Under the pieces are notes generated by a model. The model searched no databases. It saw nothing but the letters and a program-made list of their open reading frames with translations, and was not told the origin of the DNA. This document shows, one piece after another, positions 29,387 through 38,162 of a stretch of 64,000 nt of DNA (its first letter is position 1; every line of letters begins with the position of its first letter). Location: the NCBI GenBank assembly GCA_037134915.1, contig JBAXLJ010000001.1:101484-165483 (forward strand). Reading direction: 5' to 3'. The position numbers and the translations under genes are program-made. Source of the stretch: Candidatus Falkowbacteria bacterium (lineage in GTDB: Bacteria; Patescibacteriota; Patescibacteriia; Patescibacteriales; UBA12465).

Positions 29387-30074
29387 AATATTCTGCCAGT
29401 AAAGTTTTGATTGCTAGAAGCCCGTCTCGGGCTTTTATTTTTTTACCTTCAAGATAAGTGCGTCTACAGTAGCTTACGGGCCTTTCGATTATTTGATAAT
29501 TATTTTTTAGCAGTTTAGCGGTAATTTCTGGTTCGATTTCAAAACGACGGCCGCTGATTTTACTGGTTTCTAAAAAAGATCGAGGGATTAACTTAAAACA
29601 GGTTTCCATGTCAGTTAGCTGGCTGGAGAATAATATGTTTGTTAGTCTGGTAAGGAATTTATTAATTAGATAGTGAAAAGATATTTTTGGTTTATTTAAA
29701 AAACGTGAGCCGTAGACAGCTATCTTTTTATCGGGCTGGGCTAAATCTATTTTTTCAATTTCCTGCCATAAGAAAATAATATCCTCCGGGGCATATTCTA
29801 AGTCGGCGTCGCAGATGATGAAATAATCGCCAGTGAACACTTCTAGCCCGAGTTTAACTGCTTCGCCTTTGCCGCGGTTAACGGCCTGGTCTATTAATTT
29901 AAAGGGGTAAGTTTTATTTAAGTCTTTTAAAATGCTTAAAGTGTTATCACTTGAACCGTCGTTAATTATAATTATCTCTTTGCTAAGCGCCAAAGAAAAA
30001 ATCGCCGGCAGAGAGGTGGCGATAATTTTTTCCTCATTATAAACAGGGATGATGATTGATAGTAGTTTAGGCAT
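29379..30074 (-). CDS. family 2 glycosyltransferase (polyprenol-phosphate sugar synthase-like)
   Basis: LSIIIPVYNEE, IIINDGSSDNT, and a CDADLEY DxD motif. 231 aa, Dpm1/PpgS-like size. Confidence 0.75.
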   Translation of the reverse strand: MPKLLSIIIPVYNEEKIIATSLPAIFSLALSKEIIIINDGSSDNTLSILKDLNKTYPFKLIDQAVNRGKGEAVKLGLEVFTGDYFIICDADLEYAPEDIIFLWQEIEKIDLAQPDKKIAVYGSRFLNKPKISFHYLINKFLTRLTNILFSSQLTDMETCFKLIPRSFLETSKISGRRFEIEPEITAKLLKNNYQIIERPVSYCRRTYLEGKKIKARDGLLAIKTLLAEYFN

Positions 30075-30743
30075 TTATTTATGCTTCTGATTTTTTTTGC
30101 GCCATTTAGCAATTTCGGCGTGGTTGCCGTTAGTTAAAACTTCTGGTACTTGGTATTTTTGACCAGAGACTTCAAACACGGCTGGCTTCGTGTATTGAGG
30201 ATATTCTAGAACTCCGGCTTCACTGTGTGATTCGTCAATTGAACTTTCATTATTACCGAGTGCGCCAGGAATTAAACGGGTGATTGAGTCCATAATAATC
30301 ATGGCTGGCAGTTCGCCACCAGTTAAAACGTAATCACCAATTGAAATTTCGTCGTCAATAAAATGGGCTATTCGAGCGTCGACGCCTTCAAAACGTCCGC
30401 AGATAAAAATCACTTCCTCAAGTTGACTATATTCCTTCGCCAGTTTTTGATTCCAAGTTTTTCCGCCGGCTGACATTAGGATTATTTTTCGTTTAGCCGG
30501 TTCAGTCGTATTTATTTCCTTAATCGCTTGAAGGGAGGCGTGCAGAATTTCTATTTTCATGAGCATGCCAGCGCCGCCGCCATAAGGGGTATCATCAACA
30601 CTGCGATACCTATCGGCAGCCCAATCGCGCAGATCGTGAGCTTTAAAATGAATAATTCGATTGTCTAAAGCGCGTTTTAAAATGCCTTCCTCTAAGTAAG
30701 AGTCGAACATTTTGGGATAAATTGTAATAGCTTGGAATTTCAT
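30075..30743 (-). CDS. trmD: tRNA (guanine37-N1)-methyltransferase TrmD
   Basis: FQAITIYPKMF, DDTPYGGGAGMLM, and GRFEGVDAR trefoil-knot motifs. Confidence 0.92.
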   Translation of the reverse strand: MKFQAITIYPKMFDSYLEEGILKRALDNRIIHFKAHDLRDWAADRYRSVDDTPYGGGAGMLMKIEILHASLQAIKEINTTEPAKRKIILMSAGGKTWNQKLAKEYSQLEEVIFICGRFEGVDARIAHFIDDEISIGDYVLTGGELPAMIIMDSITRLIPGALGNNESSIDESHSEAGVLEYPQYTKPAVFEVSGQKYQVPEVLTNGNHAEIAKWRKKNQKHK

Positions 30744-30813
30744 ATCTCTATATTATAACAGAAAAGCCTCACTTTTAGAATGAGGCTTTTCTTATGTTTG
30801 AGAAAATTTTTAC

Positions 30814-31164
30814 TTAGATGTTTAAATCGTCAATGGCTGAAGTGTCAACATCCATATTCATAGCGTTGTCGCTAGCCACTGGTCTCTCATGACGTTTGCC
30901 GCCTTCTGGATCATAGATCTTTAGGTTAACGCGAGAGTTGTTCTTAGCACCCACGATTTTTAATAAAGTTCTAATTGCTTGAGCAGTTTGCCCCTTGCGT
31001 CCAATGACATAGCCCATGTCAGCTGGATTAATCTTTAGAGTTAACAGAACTCCCATTTCATCTACGGTTCTTTCAACATTAACGTCTCCAGGATTGCTTA
31101 CGATTTGTTTAACAATCGTTTCTAAAAATTGCTTGTCTTGAGCTTCCATACTTTTGTTTTTCAA
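30814..31164 (-). CDS. KH-domain RNA-binding protein (KhpA/YlqC-like) with a C-terminal extension
   Basis: The VIGRKGQTAQAIRTLLK GxxG loop and its position between rpsP and trmD. 116 aa, against roughly 80 for typical members. Confidence 0.75.
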   Translation of the reverse strand: MKNKSMEAQDKQFLETIVKQIVSNPGDVNVERTVDEMGVLLTLKINPADMGYVIGRKGQTAQAIRTLLKIVGAKNNSRVNLKIYDPEGGKRHERPVASDNAMNMDVDTSAIDDLNI

Positions 31165-31273
31165 CCAAACGTGTTAATGATTAGCATTAGGTTTGGCGGA
31201 AATATTGTTAATTATATTAACTTACCCAAAGGGGTAAGGCTTTATACTTCTATTGTATCAAGTAACTAGTATC

Positions 31274-31669
31274 TTAGGCAACAGCTTCTTCAGGAGTAAC
31301 TTCCTCGGCTACCACTTCTGCCTCTGGAGCAGCGACCGCCTCAGCGGCTTTTTTCTTTTTATCGGCTTTAGCTTTAAGTTGTCCTTGTCTCTTTTCGCTG
31401 ACCGTTCCTGGTTTGGAAGCAATAACTTTTTTGCCTTCAATGATTCCTTTGCCAACTAATAAGTTGTTAACGGTTGGTGTCATTTGAGCACCTTTAGATA
31501 ACCAATGATTAATTCTTTCGGTTTTAACTTGTAATTCTTTATGATATTGATCATAAGAACCCAAGATTTCCAAAGAATTACCATATGGATCGCGTCCTTT
31601 TTCCGAGATAATGACTCGGAACACTTTCTTGTTTTTTTTGCCAAGCTTCGATAATTTTATAGTTAACAT
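31274..31669 (-). CDS. rpsP: 30S ribosomal protein S16 (bS16) with a Lys/Ala/Glu-rich C-terminal tail
   Basis: MLTIKLSKLGKKNKKVFRVIISEKGRDPYG... is S16-like. About 45 extra residues at the C-terminus. Confidence 0.9.
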   Translation of the reverse strand: MLTIKLSKLGKKNKKVFRVIISEKGRDPYGNSLEILGSYDQYHKELQVKTERINHWLSKGAQMTPTVNNLLVGKGIIEGKKVIASKPGTVSEKRQGQLKAKADKKKKAAEAVAAPEAEVVAEEVTPEEAVA

Positions 31670-31744
31670 AATCTTTGAAACGCGTATCTGATTCTTAGAT
31701 TCAAGACACCGTTTAATTGCTTAAAATGCTGATTTAATAACCAA

Positions 31745-31773
31745 ATTCTAACTTAAAGACTTTAAAAAGTCAA
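31745..31773 (-). promoter_or_regulatory. promoter of the rpsP-KH-trmD-GT2 operon
   Basis: On the minus strand: TTGACT (31773-31768), 17-nt spacer, TAGAAT (31750-31745). Confidence 0.6.
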
Positions 31774-31777
31774 TGGC

Positions 31778-34048
31778 TTAGATTCGCGGTCGTGGGGCTC
31801 CGGTTCTGGGGCCGCCAAAACTGCCTGGGCGGTGGACTGGTCCACCGGGCCGACTACCACTAAAACCAGTGCCGGTTGATTTTCCTTTTTCGTCTTTCCA
31901 TAGGGCTTCATTTTCTGTTAAGCCTTTCATTGTTAAGTTAATTCGCCCTTGATCATCAATTTCTTCAACCTTAACGGTTACAAGATCGCCAACACTGACT
32001 AGGTCAGCTGGTTTATCAAGACGATAAGGTGCTAATTTACTCACGTGAACCATGCCGTCCTGATTAGAGTTTAAAGCGACGAAAGCGCCAAAATCCATTA
32101 GACGAACAACTTTACCGGTCACAGTTTCACCCACGACAAAGACTTTGATGATTTCTTGAACCTTGCTTACAGCTAATTCAACCATCGCGACATCAGTTCC
32201 ACAAATCATGACTAAGCCATCATCTTCAATATCAATGGAGACACCAGTCTCTTCAATAATTTTATTAATAGTTTTTCCGCCAGAACCAATAATTGCTCCG
32301 ATTTTAGTCGGATCAACTTTAAAGCTGATAATTCTCGGGGCATATTTGGATAATTCTGGGCGAGCGGCCGGAATCGATTCTTTCAAGACGGCTAAAATTT
32401 CGTTTAAAGCTTCGCGTCCCTGGATTAAAGTTTTACGGATAATTGCTTCGTCGAGTCCAATAGTCTTAGTATCAAGTTGGATGGCGGTCAGTCCGGCATC
32501 GGTGCCAGTAATTTTAAAGTCCATGCCACCATCACCATCTTCTAAATCTTGTAAATCAGTAATGACCTCCCAGCGACTCATATCTGGAACTGAAGCTAGG
32601 CCCATCGCAATTCCGGCCACATGTTTTTTAATTGGTACTCCGGCATCCATTAAAGCTAACGTGGAGGCACAAGTAGAAGCCATGGAGGACGAACCGTTGG
32701 AACCTAAAGTTTCAGAGACCACGCGAATGGCATAAGGGAAATCCTCTTTGGAAGGAACTACGGGCATCAAAGCTTTTTCAGCTAGGGCGCCGTGACCGAT
32801 TTCGCGGCGACCGGTGCCACGTAGTGGCGAAACTTCACCCACGGAATATGGTGGAAAATTATAATGATGCATGTAGCGCTTTTTACTAGCCCCTTCAATG
32901 CCTTCAAGTGACTGTTCTAAGCCGGGAGCACCTAACGTGATAATTGACATCACTTGAGTTTCACCGCGAGAAAATAGTGAAGAGCCGTGAACTCTGGGCA
33001 GTAAATTAACATCAGCTAGTAAGGGGCGAATTTGATTTAGCGGGCGGCCATCAACGCGACGCTTGTCTTCTAGAATAGCGCGCGTAATTTCTTCGTCAAT
33101 CATTTTTTCAACTAATTTTTTGATGACATAAGCCCGGCCATCTTTATCAATGCCGTTATCAAATAAATGTTTGTCTAGCTGTTCTTTAATCGCCGTGACG
33201 GCGCCTTTGCGTTCGGTTTTGGTGTAGTATATTTTTTCAAATAAAATATTAGGAATATTGTTCTTAAGCCAAGCTTCACCAATTGGTAGTAGCGCTTTTT
33301 TAGCTTCTTCTTTAGCAATCTCTTCCGCGCTCTTTAAAGCTTTCTTGGTCGCTCTTTCTTTAGGTAAAACATTGGCCTTAAGTTCTTCAAATAAAGTTAA
33401 AGCGCCTTCCATAGCTTTCATGCCGGCGATAATAGCGTCGGCCATGACGGCTTCCGGAGTTTCGTTAGCGCCCGCCTCAATCATCAGTACGCGGTCCTTA
33501 GTTCCAGACACGATTAAATCCAAGCTACTTACCGCTTGTTGTTCATAACTAGGATTGAATATAAATTGACCATCAATTAAACCAACTCTAATACCGGAAA
33601 TTGGCCCCTGCCAATTAATACCGGAAATTGATAAAACAGCGGAAGCGGCTAGTAGGGACACGATGTCGTAGTCATTTTCTTGATCAACAGCGAGCACGGA
33701 AATGATTAACTGGACATCACGTCTATCATCTTGATCGAAGAGTGGGCGAACTGATCTATCAATCATGCGGCCAGTTAAAACCGATTGATCGGTTGGCCGA
33801 CCCTCACGCTTAACCCACTGTGACCCCTTAATGATGCCAGCAGCGTAAAGTTTTTCTTCAAAGTCCACCATTAGTGGAAAATAATCAACGCCATCGCGCT
33901 CAGTTTTAGCTTGAACGACATTGGCCATCACAACTGTCTCGCCATATTGGACGAGTACGGAAGCGTCTGATTGCAGAGCTAAGCGACCAGTTTTGACGCT
34001 TAGTTCTCGGCCCAACCACTGTGTCTTAAACACTTTTTCATTTAACAT
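31778..34048 (-). CDS. pnp: polyribonucleotide nucleotidyltransferase (PNPase) with a Gly/Pro/Arg-rich tail
   Basis: Two RNase PH domains, a KH domain (IGSGGKTINKI), an S1 domain, and a C-terminal tail GFSGSRPGGPVHRPGSFGGPRTGAPRPRI. Confidence 0.95.
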   Translation of the reverse strand: MLNEKVFKTQWLGRELSVKTGRLALQSDASVLVQYGETVVMANVVQAKTERDGVDYFPLMVDFEEKLYAAGIIKGSQWVKREGRPTDQSVLTGRMIDRSVRPLFDQDDRRDVQLIISVLAVDQENDYDIVSLLAASAVLSISGINWQGPISGIRVGLIDGQFIFNPSYEQQAVSSLDLIVSGTKDRVLMIEAGANETPEAVMADAIIAGMKAMEGALTLFEELKANVLPKERATKKALKSAEEIAKEEAKKALLPIGEAWLKNNIPNILFEKIYYTKTERKGAVTAIKEQLDKHLFDNGIDKDGRAYVIKKLVEKMIDEEITRAILEDKRRVDGRPLNQIRPLLADVNLLPRVHGSSLFSRGETQVMSIITLGAPGLEQSLEGIEGASKKRYMHHYNFPPYSVGEVSPLRGTGRREIGHGALAEKALMPVVPSKEDFPYAIRVVSETLGSNGSSSMASTCASTLALMDAGVPIKKHVAGIAMGLASVPDMSRWEVITDLQDLEDGDGGMDFKITGTDAGLTAIQLDTKTIGLDEAIIRKTLIQGREALNEILAVLKESIPAARPELSKYAPRIISFKVDPTKIGAIIGSGGKTINKIIEETGVSIDIEDDGLVMICGTDVAMVELAVSKVQEIIKVFVVGETVTGKVVRLMDFGAFVALNSNQDGMVHVSKLAPYRLDKPADLVSVGDLVTVKVEEIDDQGRINLTMKGLTENEALWKDEKGKSTGTGFSGSRPGGPVHRPGSFGGPRTGAPRPRI

Positions 34049-34176
34049 TTTTTTGTTGAGTCTGGTAAGTAGATTACAGAACTGTAAAATATTACAGCGC
34101 TATCTATCTACTAACCAGAACTATTATTATATAAAAACCAAAATAGCCACACCAAGATAGATGTGGCTACGCTGGG

Positions 34177-34677
34177 TTATTTTCCGATTAAGAATTTTTT
34201 ATCGCTTGATAAATCGATAAAGTCATCTGCTTCTTCAATTAGTCGGGAAGAGCAAGTCTTTCTAAAGGCCATTATTTCAACTAAACAGCCTTTGTTGTTT
34301 TGTAAGTAGGAAACGAGCGGTAAGTAATCGCCGTCACCGGATACTAAAATGATCACATCCAATTTGTCGGCCAATTTGATGGCGTCGATGGCAATTCCCA
34401 CGTCCCAATCGCCTTTTTTAGATCCACCGGCAAAAGTTTGTAGACCCTTCATCTTAACTTCAAAGCCCTGTTGGCTTAAAGCTTCAAAAAAGGACATCTC
34501 ATCTTCATTGTCGCTCTTTATAACATAAGCAGTGGCCCGAATAAGTTTTCGAAGAGCCACTGCTTGGGTAAGTATTTGTTGAAAATTTGTTCGGCGGTTA
34601 TACAAATTTTTGGCGGAATGATACATATTGGATACATCCACCAAAACACCAACTCTCTGTTCTTTGTGTTTTATCAT
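34177..34677 (-). CDS. NYN/LabA-like domain protein
   Basis: 166 aa: RVGVLVDVSNMYHSAKN..., ILVSGDGDYLPLV (acidic PIN-like/NYN motifs). Sits between rpsO and pnp. Confidence 0.7.
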   Translation of the reverse strand: MIKHKEQRVGVLVDVSNMYHSAKNLYNRRTNFQQILTQAVALRKLIRATAYVIKSDNEDEMSFFEALSQQGFEVKMKGLQTFAGGSKKGDWDVGIAIDAIKLADKLDVIILVSGDGDYLPLVSYLQNNKGCLVEIMAFRKTCSSRLIEEADDFIDLSSDKKFLIGK

Positions 34678-34705
34678 ATAAGTTGTAAAACCGTCTGCCT
34701 AATAG

Positions 34706-35092
34706 TTATTCTTCAATTACCTCATCAACTAAATCTTTTGGTTCTTCAATGGTGTCTTCGCTGTCAGCGGGAGCGTATTTCTTTTCTTTAAGTTTGGCCT
34801 CCTCTTCTTCGGCGATTAGTTTATTGGCAATTTTTAATTTCAATTTTTCTGCTAATTCTCTAAATTGAGTCTCGTTTTCTTTTTGTAAATATTTCAAAAG
34901 TTTGCGTCTTTCGCCGACTTTCTTAAGTAATCCTCGGCGGGAAGAGAAATCGTGTTTGTGTTGCTTTAAATGTTCGGTCAGTTCTTTGATTTCTTCAGTT
35001 AAAATAGCGATTTGAACTTGAGTGGAACCGGTATCGGTGTCGTGAACGCGGAACTTTTTGATAATTTTTTCTTTGATTTTCTTGTCTAACAT
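34706..35092 (-). CDS. rpsO: 30S ribosomal protein S15 (uS15) with an acidic C-terminal extension
   Basis: [50 protein letters not shown] is S15-like. About 40 extra residues follow. Confidence 0.9.
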   Translation of the reverse strand: MLDKKIKEKIIKKFRVHDTDTGSTQVQIAILTEEIKELTEHLKQHKHDFSSRRGLLKKVGERRKLLKYLQKENETQFRELAEKLKLKIANKLIAEEEEAKLKEKKYAPADSEDTIEEPKDLVDEVIEE

Positions 35093-35170
35093 TTTTTTTG
35101 TGGGCTCTACCGAGAAATAATGAGAACAAGAGTCTGCGTTATATCCAAGAAAGAGTCTAAAATTAGAAGA

Positions 35171-35431
35171 TTATTTTAAAGTGTTAATCTTTTTTTGTAA
35201 GCGAGATTTTTTACGAGCCGCGGTGTTCTTTTTGATAACGCCCTTTTTAGCAGCTTTATCAATAGCTTTAATTGTTGAAGAGATCGCCTCTTTAGTCAAT
35301 TTTTCGCCAGTTGCAATGACTTTTAGGCTGGTTTTAACAGCTTTTTTCATTGTTTTAGACACCACTTTGTTTTCAAGATTACGTTTTATATTTTTACGTA
35401 ATTCTTTTTTAGCAGATTTCTTATTTGGCAT
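35171..35431 (-). CDS. rpsT: 30S ribosomal protein S20 (bS20)
   Basis: 86 aa, MPNKKSAKKELRKNIKRN..., Lys/Ala-rich three-helix pattern. Confidence 0.85.
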   Translation of the reverse strand: MPNKKSAKKELRKNIKRNLENKVVSKTMKKAVKTSLKVIATGEKLTKEAISSTIKAIDKAAKKGVIKKNTAARKKSRLQKKINTLK

Positions 35432-35540
35432 ACGGTGTTTTAAATAAAAATTCGTTAATTATTAATCAGATTCTAGCACAAACTTAAATAAAAATCAAGG
35501 GCTATTATCTGCTTAGCTTTGGTCGAATTGGCCAAAAATG

Positions 35541-35611
35541 TCGGGGTGCTGGGAATTGAACCCAGTCAACATGCTCCCAAAGCATGCGTACTACCGGTAT
35601 ACGACACCCCG
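35541..35611 (-). tRNA. tRNA-Pro(UGG)
   Basis: Cloverleaf with acceptor CGGGGTG/CACCCCG, anticodon loop TTTGGGA, T-loop TTCAATT, a 4-nt variable loop, and no encoded CCA. Confidence 0.85.
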
Positions 35612-35644
35612 TGTTAGGGTTTTTAAACCCTCAATATTCTGTTG

Positions 35645-35982
35645 TGCCCCGGGTCAGAATCGAACTGACGACACAAGGATTTTCCTTGTAAACTACTTAA
35701 GTTTCCTTAAGGATTGGACTATATCATCTCCGCTTAATATTTACATATCAAGGACGGAGTCGGGCGCTATCTGTGGGGTTATTGTTGGGCTCACCCACTA
35801 GTCTCTACGCCTTCCTTAATTATTAATAACGATTATTAATCCCAATTAAGGCTTGGCTCGGGATTGCCTTTTTGTCAGAATGACAAATTAAGGTTTCCCC
35901 GAATTCACCCGATTTTCATTCCCATGTTTCCATGAGACGGACCGAAAATCAGTCCTTTGCTCTACCACTGAGCTACCGAGGC
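35645..35982 (-). tRNA. tRNA-Phe(GAA) interrupted by a group I intron (exons 35982-35951 and 35684-35645)
   Basis: The joined exons read GCCTCGGTAGCTCAGTGGTAGAGCAAAGGACT|GAAAATCCTTGTGTCGTCAGTTCGATTCTGACCCGGGGCA. This gives a perfect cloverleaf with anticodon loop CTGAAAA, variable loop GTGTC and A73, close to the E. coli tRNA-Phe pattern. Confidence 0.85.
35685..35950 (-). ncRNA. group I intron (IC3-like core), 266 nt, no ORF
   Basis: P1 pairs GGACU with GGUCC, with U.G at the 5' splice site. P10 pairs AUUUUC with 3'-exon GAAAAU. The terminal nucleotide is a G. P2 is capped by GAAA. Core strings GAAUUCGGGGAAACCUUAA, CCGAGCCAAGCC and GGCGUAGAGACUAGUGGG resemble the Azoarcus and cyanobacterial tRNA introns as I recall them. 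Confidence 0.85.
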
Positions 35983-36010
35983 ATCGGTAAAGTTTTTTGT
36001 AAAAAACTTG

Positions 36011-36083
36011 TTGCGGGGGTCGGATTCGAACCGACGACCTTCGGGTTATGGGCCCGACGAGCTGCCAACTGCTCTACCCCGCG
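36011..36083 (-). tRNA. initiator tRNA-fMet(CAU)
   Basis: C1:A72 mismatch, three G-C pairs closing the anticodon stem (TCGGG/CCCGA), anticodon loop CCCATAA. Confidence 0.9.
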
Positions 36084-36107
36084 ATACTTAAACTGCAAGC
36101 AGTTATG

Positions 36108-36181
36108 TGGGCAATGGAGGATTCGAACCTCCGACCTCAACATTATCAGTGTTGCGCTCTAACCAACTGAGCTAATTGCCC
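36108..36181 (-). tRNA. tRNA-Ile(GAU)
   Basis: Cloverleaf GGGCAAT.../...ATTGCCC, anticodon loop CTGATAA, T-loop TTCGAAT. Confidence 0.9.
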
Positions 36182-36246
36182 TTAATCTTAGCTAATTTAT
36201 TTTGACTCAAGATAAATAAAAATAGGGTTGGTCAAACTCTTAATTG

Positions 36247-36275
36247 AATATAACAAACTAGAAAGAAAAAGGCAA
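36247..36275 (-). promoter_or_regulatory. promoter of the Ile-fMet-Phe-Pro tRNA cluster
   Basis: On the minus strand: TTGCCT (36275-36270), 17-nt spacer, TGtTATATT (-10 at 36252-36247). Confidence 0.5.
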
Positions 36276-36474
36276 GAGTTAAAAGGCCTTAATTTTAAAA
36301 GAAAAAGGCCTAATTTTTCTTCAGATTTTTTGGTGACAAGTAAAAAACTAAAACAGAATGGGGCTAACTGATATTATTGACTTATTATTTATCTTATATT
36401 AGTATATTAACCTATCACTGAGTATGCTGAAAATCAGATGCCAAGAGAGTAGGCTCTTTAAAAACAAAAAAGTA

Positions 36475-37131
36475 ATGAAAAAAATGAAAATTTCTATCGC
36501 AGTCGTCATTTTTTTAATGGCTATCTACTTAATTTTATTAATTCTTTTGGGGGCCGGTGTCGAAACGGGGAGCATTATTACCCCAATTCGAACTTCTGCT
36601 TGGTGGAATTTAGCGCTGTTTCCCATAATTATTATGTTCACGGTTTATGGTTTGAGCGGTAAATTAATTGTTGGAAATGAGCCCCGATTTCCAGATTTTT
36701 CTGGTGAAGCGCAATTTAAGTATCAGGCTAGACGTTCTATTCATCTAAACACCGCGGTAATTACGCTGGCTGTTTTAGTTAGTATGCTGATAAATGCCTT
36801 TTTATTTTTATTTTGGATTGAATCACTGAACCCCTTATCATCACTAATTGTTCATGGAATAATCTGGTTCGTTCTTTATTTTTTTTATTGTTTCGTTTCT
36901 GAATTTTCAAAAGTGTTATTATGGAAAAAATATTGTGATTGTGATTTTCATACGGAAATTGATAAATCATTTACCTTAAAATATCAAATGATTTTATCAA
37001 CGTATGTAAAGATAGGAATTGTTAAAACACTACCTTTTCTTTTAGGCTTAACTTGTGGTTTTATTATTAGACAGGCTATAAATAAAATTGTCGAACTTTT
37101 TAAATTGATAGGAGTGGCGCAGATTGATTAA
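36475..37131 (+). CDS. hypothetical membrane protein
   Basis: About 218 aa from ATG 36475 (MKKMKISIAV...), with 5-6 hydrophobic segments. No motif recognised. Confidence 0.5.
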   Translation: MKKMKISIAVVIFLMAIYLILLILLGAGVETGSIITPIRTSAWWNLALFPIIIMFTVYGLSGKLIVGNEPRFPDFSGEAQFKYQARRSIHLNTAVITLAVLVSMLINAFLFLFWIESLNPLSSLIVHGIIWFVLYFFYCFVSEFSKVLLWKKYCDCDFHTEIDKSFTLKYQMILSTYVKIGIVKTLPFLLGLTCGFIIRQAINKIVELFKLIGVAQID

Positions 37132-37178
37132 AATTTATAAATACTCAAAGCTCCGAGTTGTAACGACTCGGAGTTTTT

Positions 37179-38162
37179 TTATAGCCTAGCAACAAACAAA
37201 GCTAGCTCCGCTTTTATTTCTTTTTGTCCGGTTTTGTTAGCAAAGTCGAGGGCAATTAACTGATTTAAATAATCTTTTAAAACTTCCAAGGTAAAGCTGC
37301 TTATTTGCGGCAAACTTTTTCGAATAACATAAGGATTAATTTTTAATTGACTAGCGATTTGGGTGGCGCTTAAATTAGCGGCGGCGGCACTTTTTATTTG
37401 CAAAAGAATTTTAAACTGACGAATTAACATCACTAAAATATAGTCTTCACTGACGCCAGCTAAATATTGTTCTTCGAGTAAAGTTAAAGCGGTTTTTTTA
37501 TTACGGGTCGAAATAGCATCAGTTAAGTTAAAAATATTTTCGTCATAGATGCCCGCTACTTGGTTTTTTACGTCTTGATTACTGATTTCTTCACCACTGG
37601 AAATAGCCATAGCTAATTTATGGAGCTCAGAGGAGATACGCCACAGATCGGAATTGGTGCGAGTGATTAAAGTGTTAAGAGCACTGGTTTCAATTCTACG
37701 TTCTAATTTTTTAACCGCCTCATAAATAAAATCAGAAAGTTGGGCGCTGGATAAATTCTTAAATTCCTGAACATACTTCTGGGATGTCAAATAAGTAAAT
37801 AATTTTTGCCCATCTTTTTTTAATTTGTGGTCTTTATTGTTTAAATCGCTGTCGCGGAAAATAATGATATTATCTTCGTCAGAACTTGTGGCTTCATTTC
37901 GCTTTTTTAGAAATAAAGCTAGGTCGCTAAATAATTTTTCACTTTTATTTTCAAAAATATCTTCAATTACGACCATTCTTTTTTTCACAAAAAGCGAACC
38001 GGTATTTATTTTCTCACTGATTTCTTTGAGAGTGGTGGTTTTACCATCAAGCACAATTAAACTCTGTGAACTAAGATCAATTTCACTGATAAATTTATTT
38101 TTTAGTTCATTTAATTTTTGGCGGCTGCGGTAGGTGTCGGGGCCGTAAATAAAGATTATCAT
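37179..38162 (-). CDS. holA: DNA polymerase III delta subunit
   Basis: 327 aa. MIIFIYGPDTYRSRQKL N-terminus and a three-domain clamp-loader-like length. The call rests on HolA-like pattern and size rather than strict motifs. Confidence 0.65.
   Translation of the reverse strand: MIIFIYGPDTYRSRQKLNELKNKFISEIDLSSQSLIVLDGKTTTLKEISEKINTGSLFVKKRMVVIEDIFENKSEKLFSDLALFLKKRNEATSSDEDNIIIFRDSDLNNKDHKLKKDGQKLFTYLTSQKYVQEFKNLSSAQLSDFIYEAVKKLERRIETSALNTLITRTNSDLWRISSELHKLAMAISSGEEISNQDVKNQVAGIYDENIFNLTDAISTRNKKTALTLLEEQYLAGVSEDYILVMLIRQFKILLQIKSAAAANLSATQIASQLKINPYVIRKSLPQISSFTLEVLKDYLNQLIALDFANKTGQKEIKAELALFVARL

Noticed and set aside
35645-35982. Alternative reading of the split tRNA as tRNA-Ile(GAU), with the intron after U36.
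   Set aside because: That 3' junction would follow an A rather than the obligatory terminal G, and P1/P10 pairings would be lost. The exon features (GUGUC variable loop, acceptor stem) are Phe-like, and an intact tRNA-Ile(GAU) already lies 130 nt away.
35538-36162. ORFs 35538-35801 (87 aa) and 35932-36162 (76 aa); also a possible homing endonuclease gene in the intron.
   Set aside because: They run antisense across tRNA-Pro, the group I intron, and the tRNA-Phe, tRNA-fMet and tRNA-Ile genes. The intron has no sense-strand ORF and no LAGLIDADG or GIY-YIG motif.
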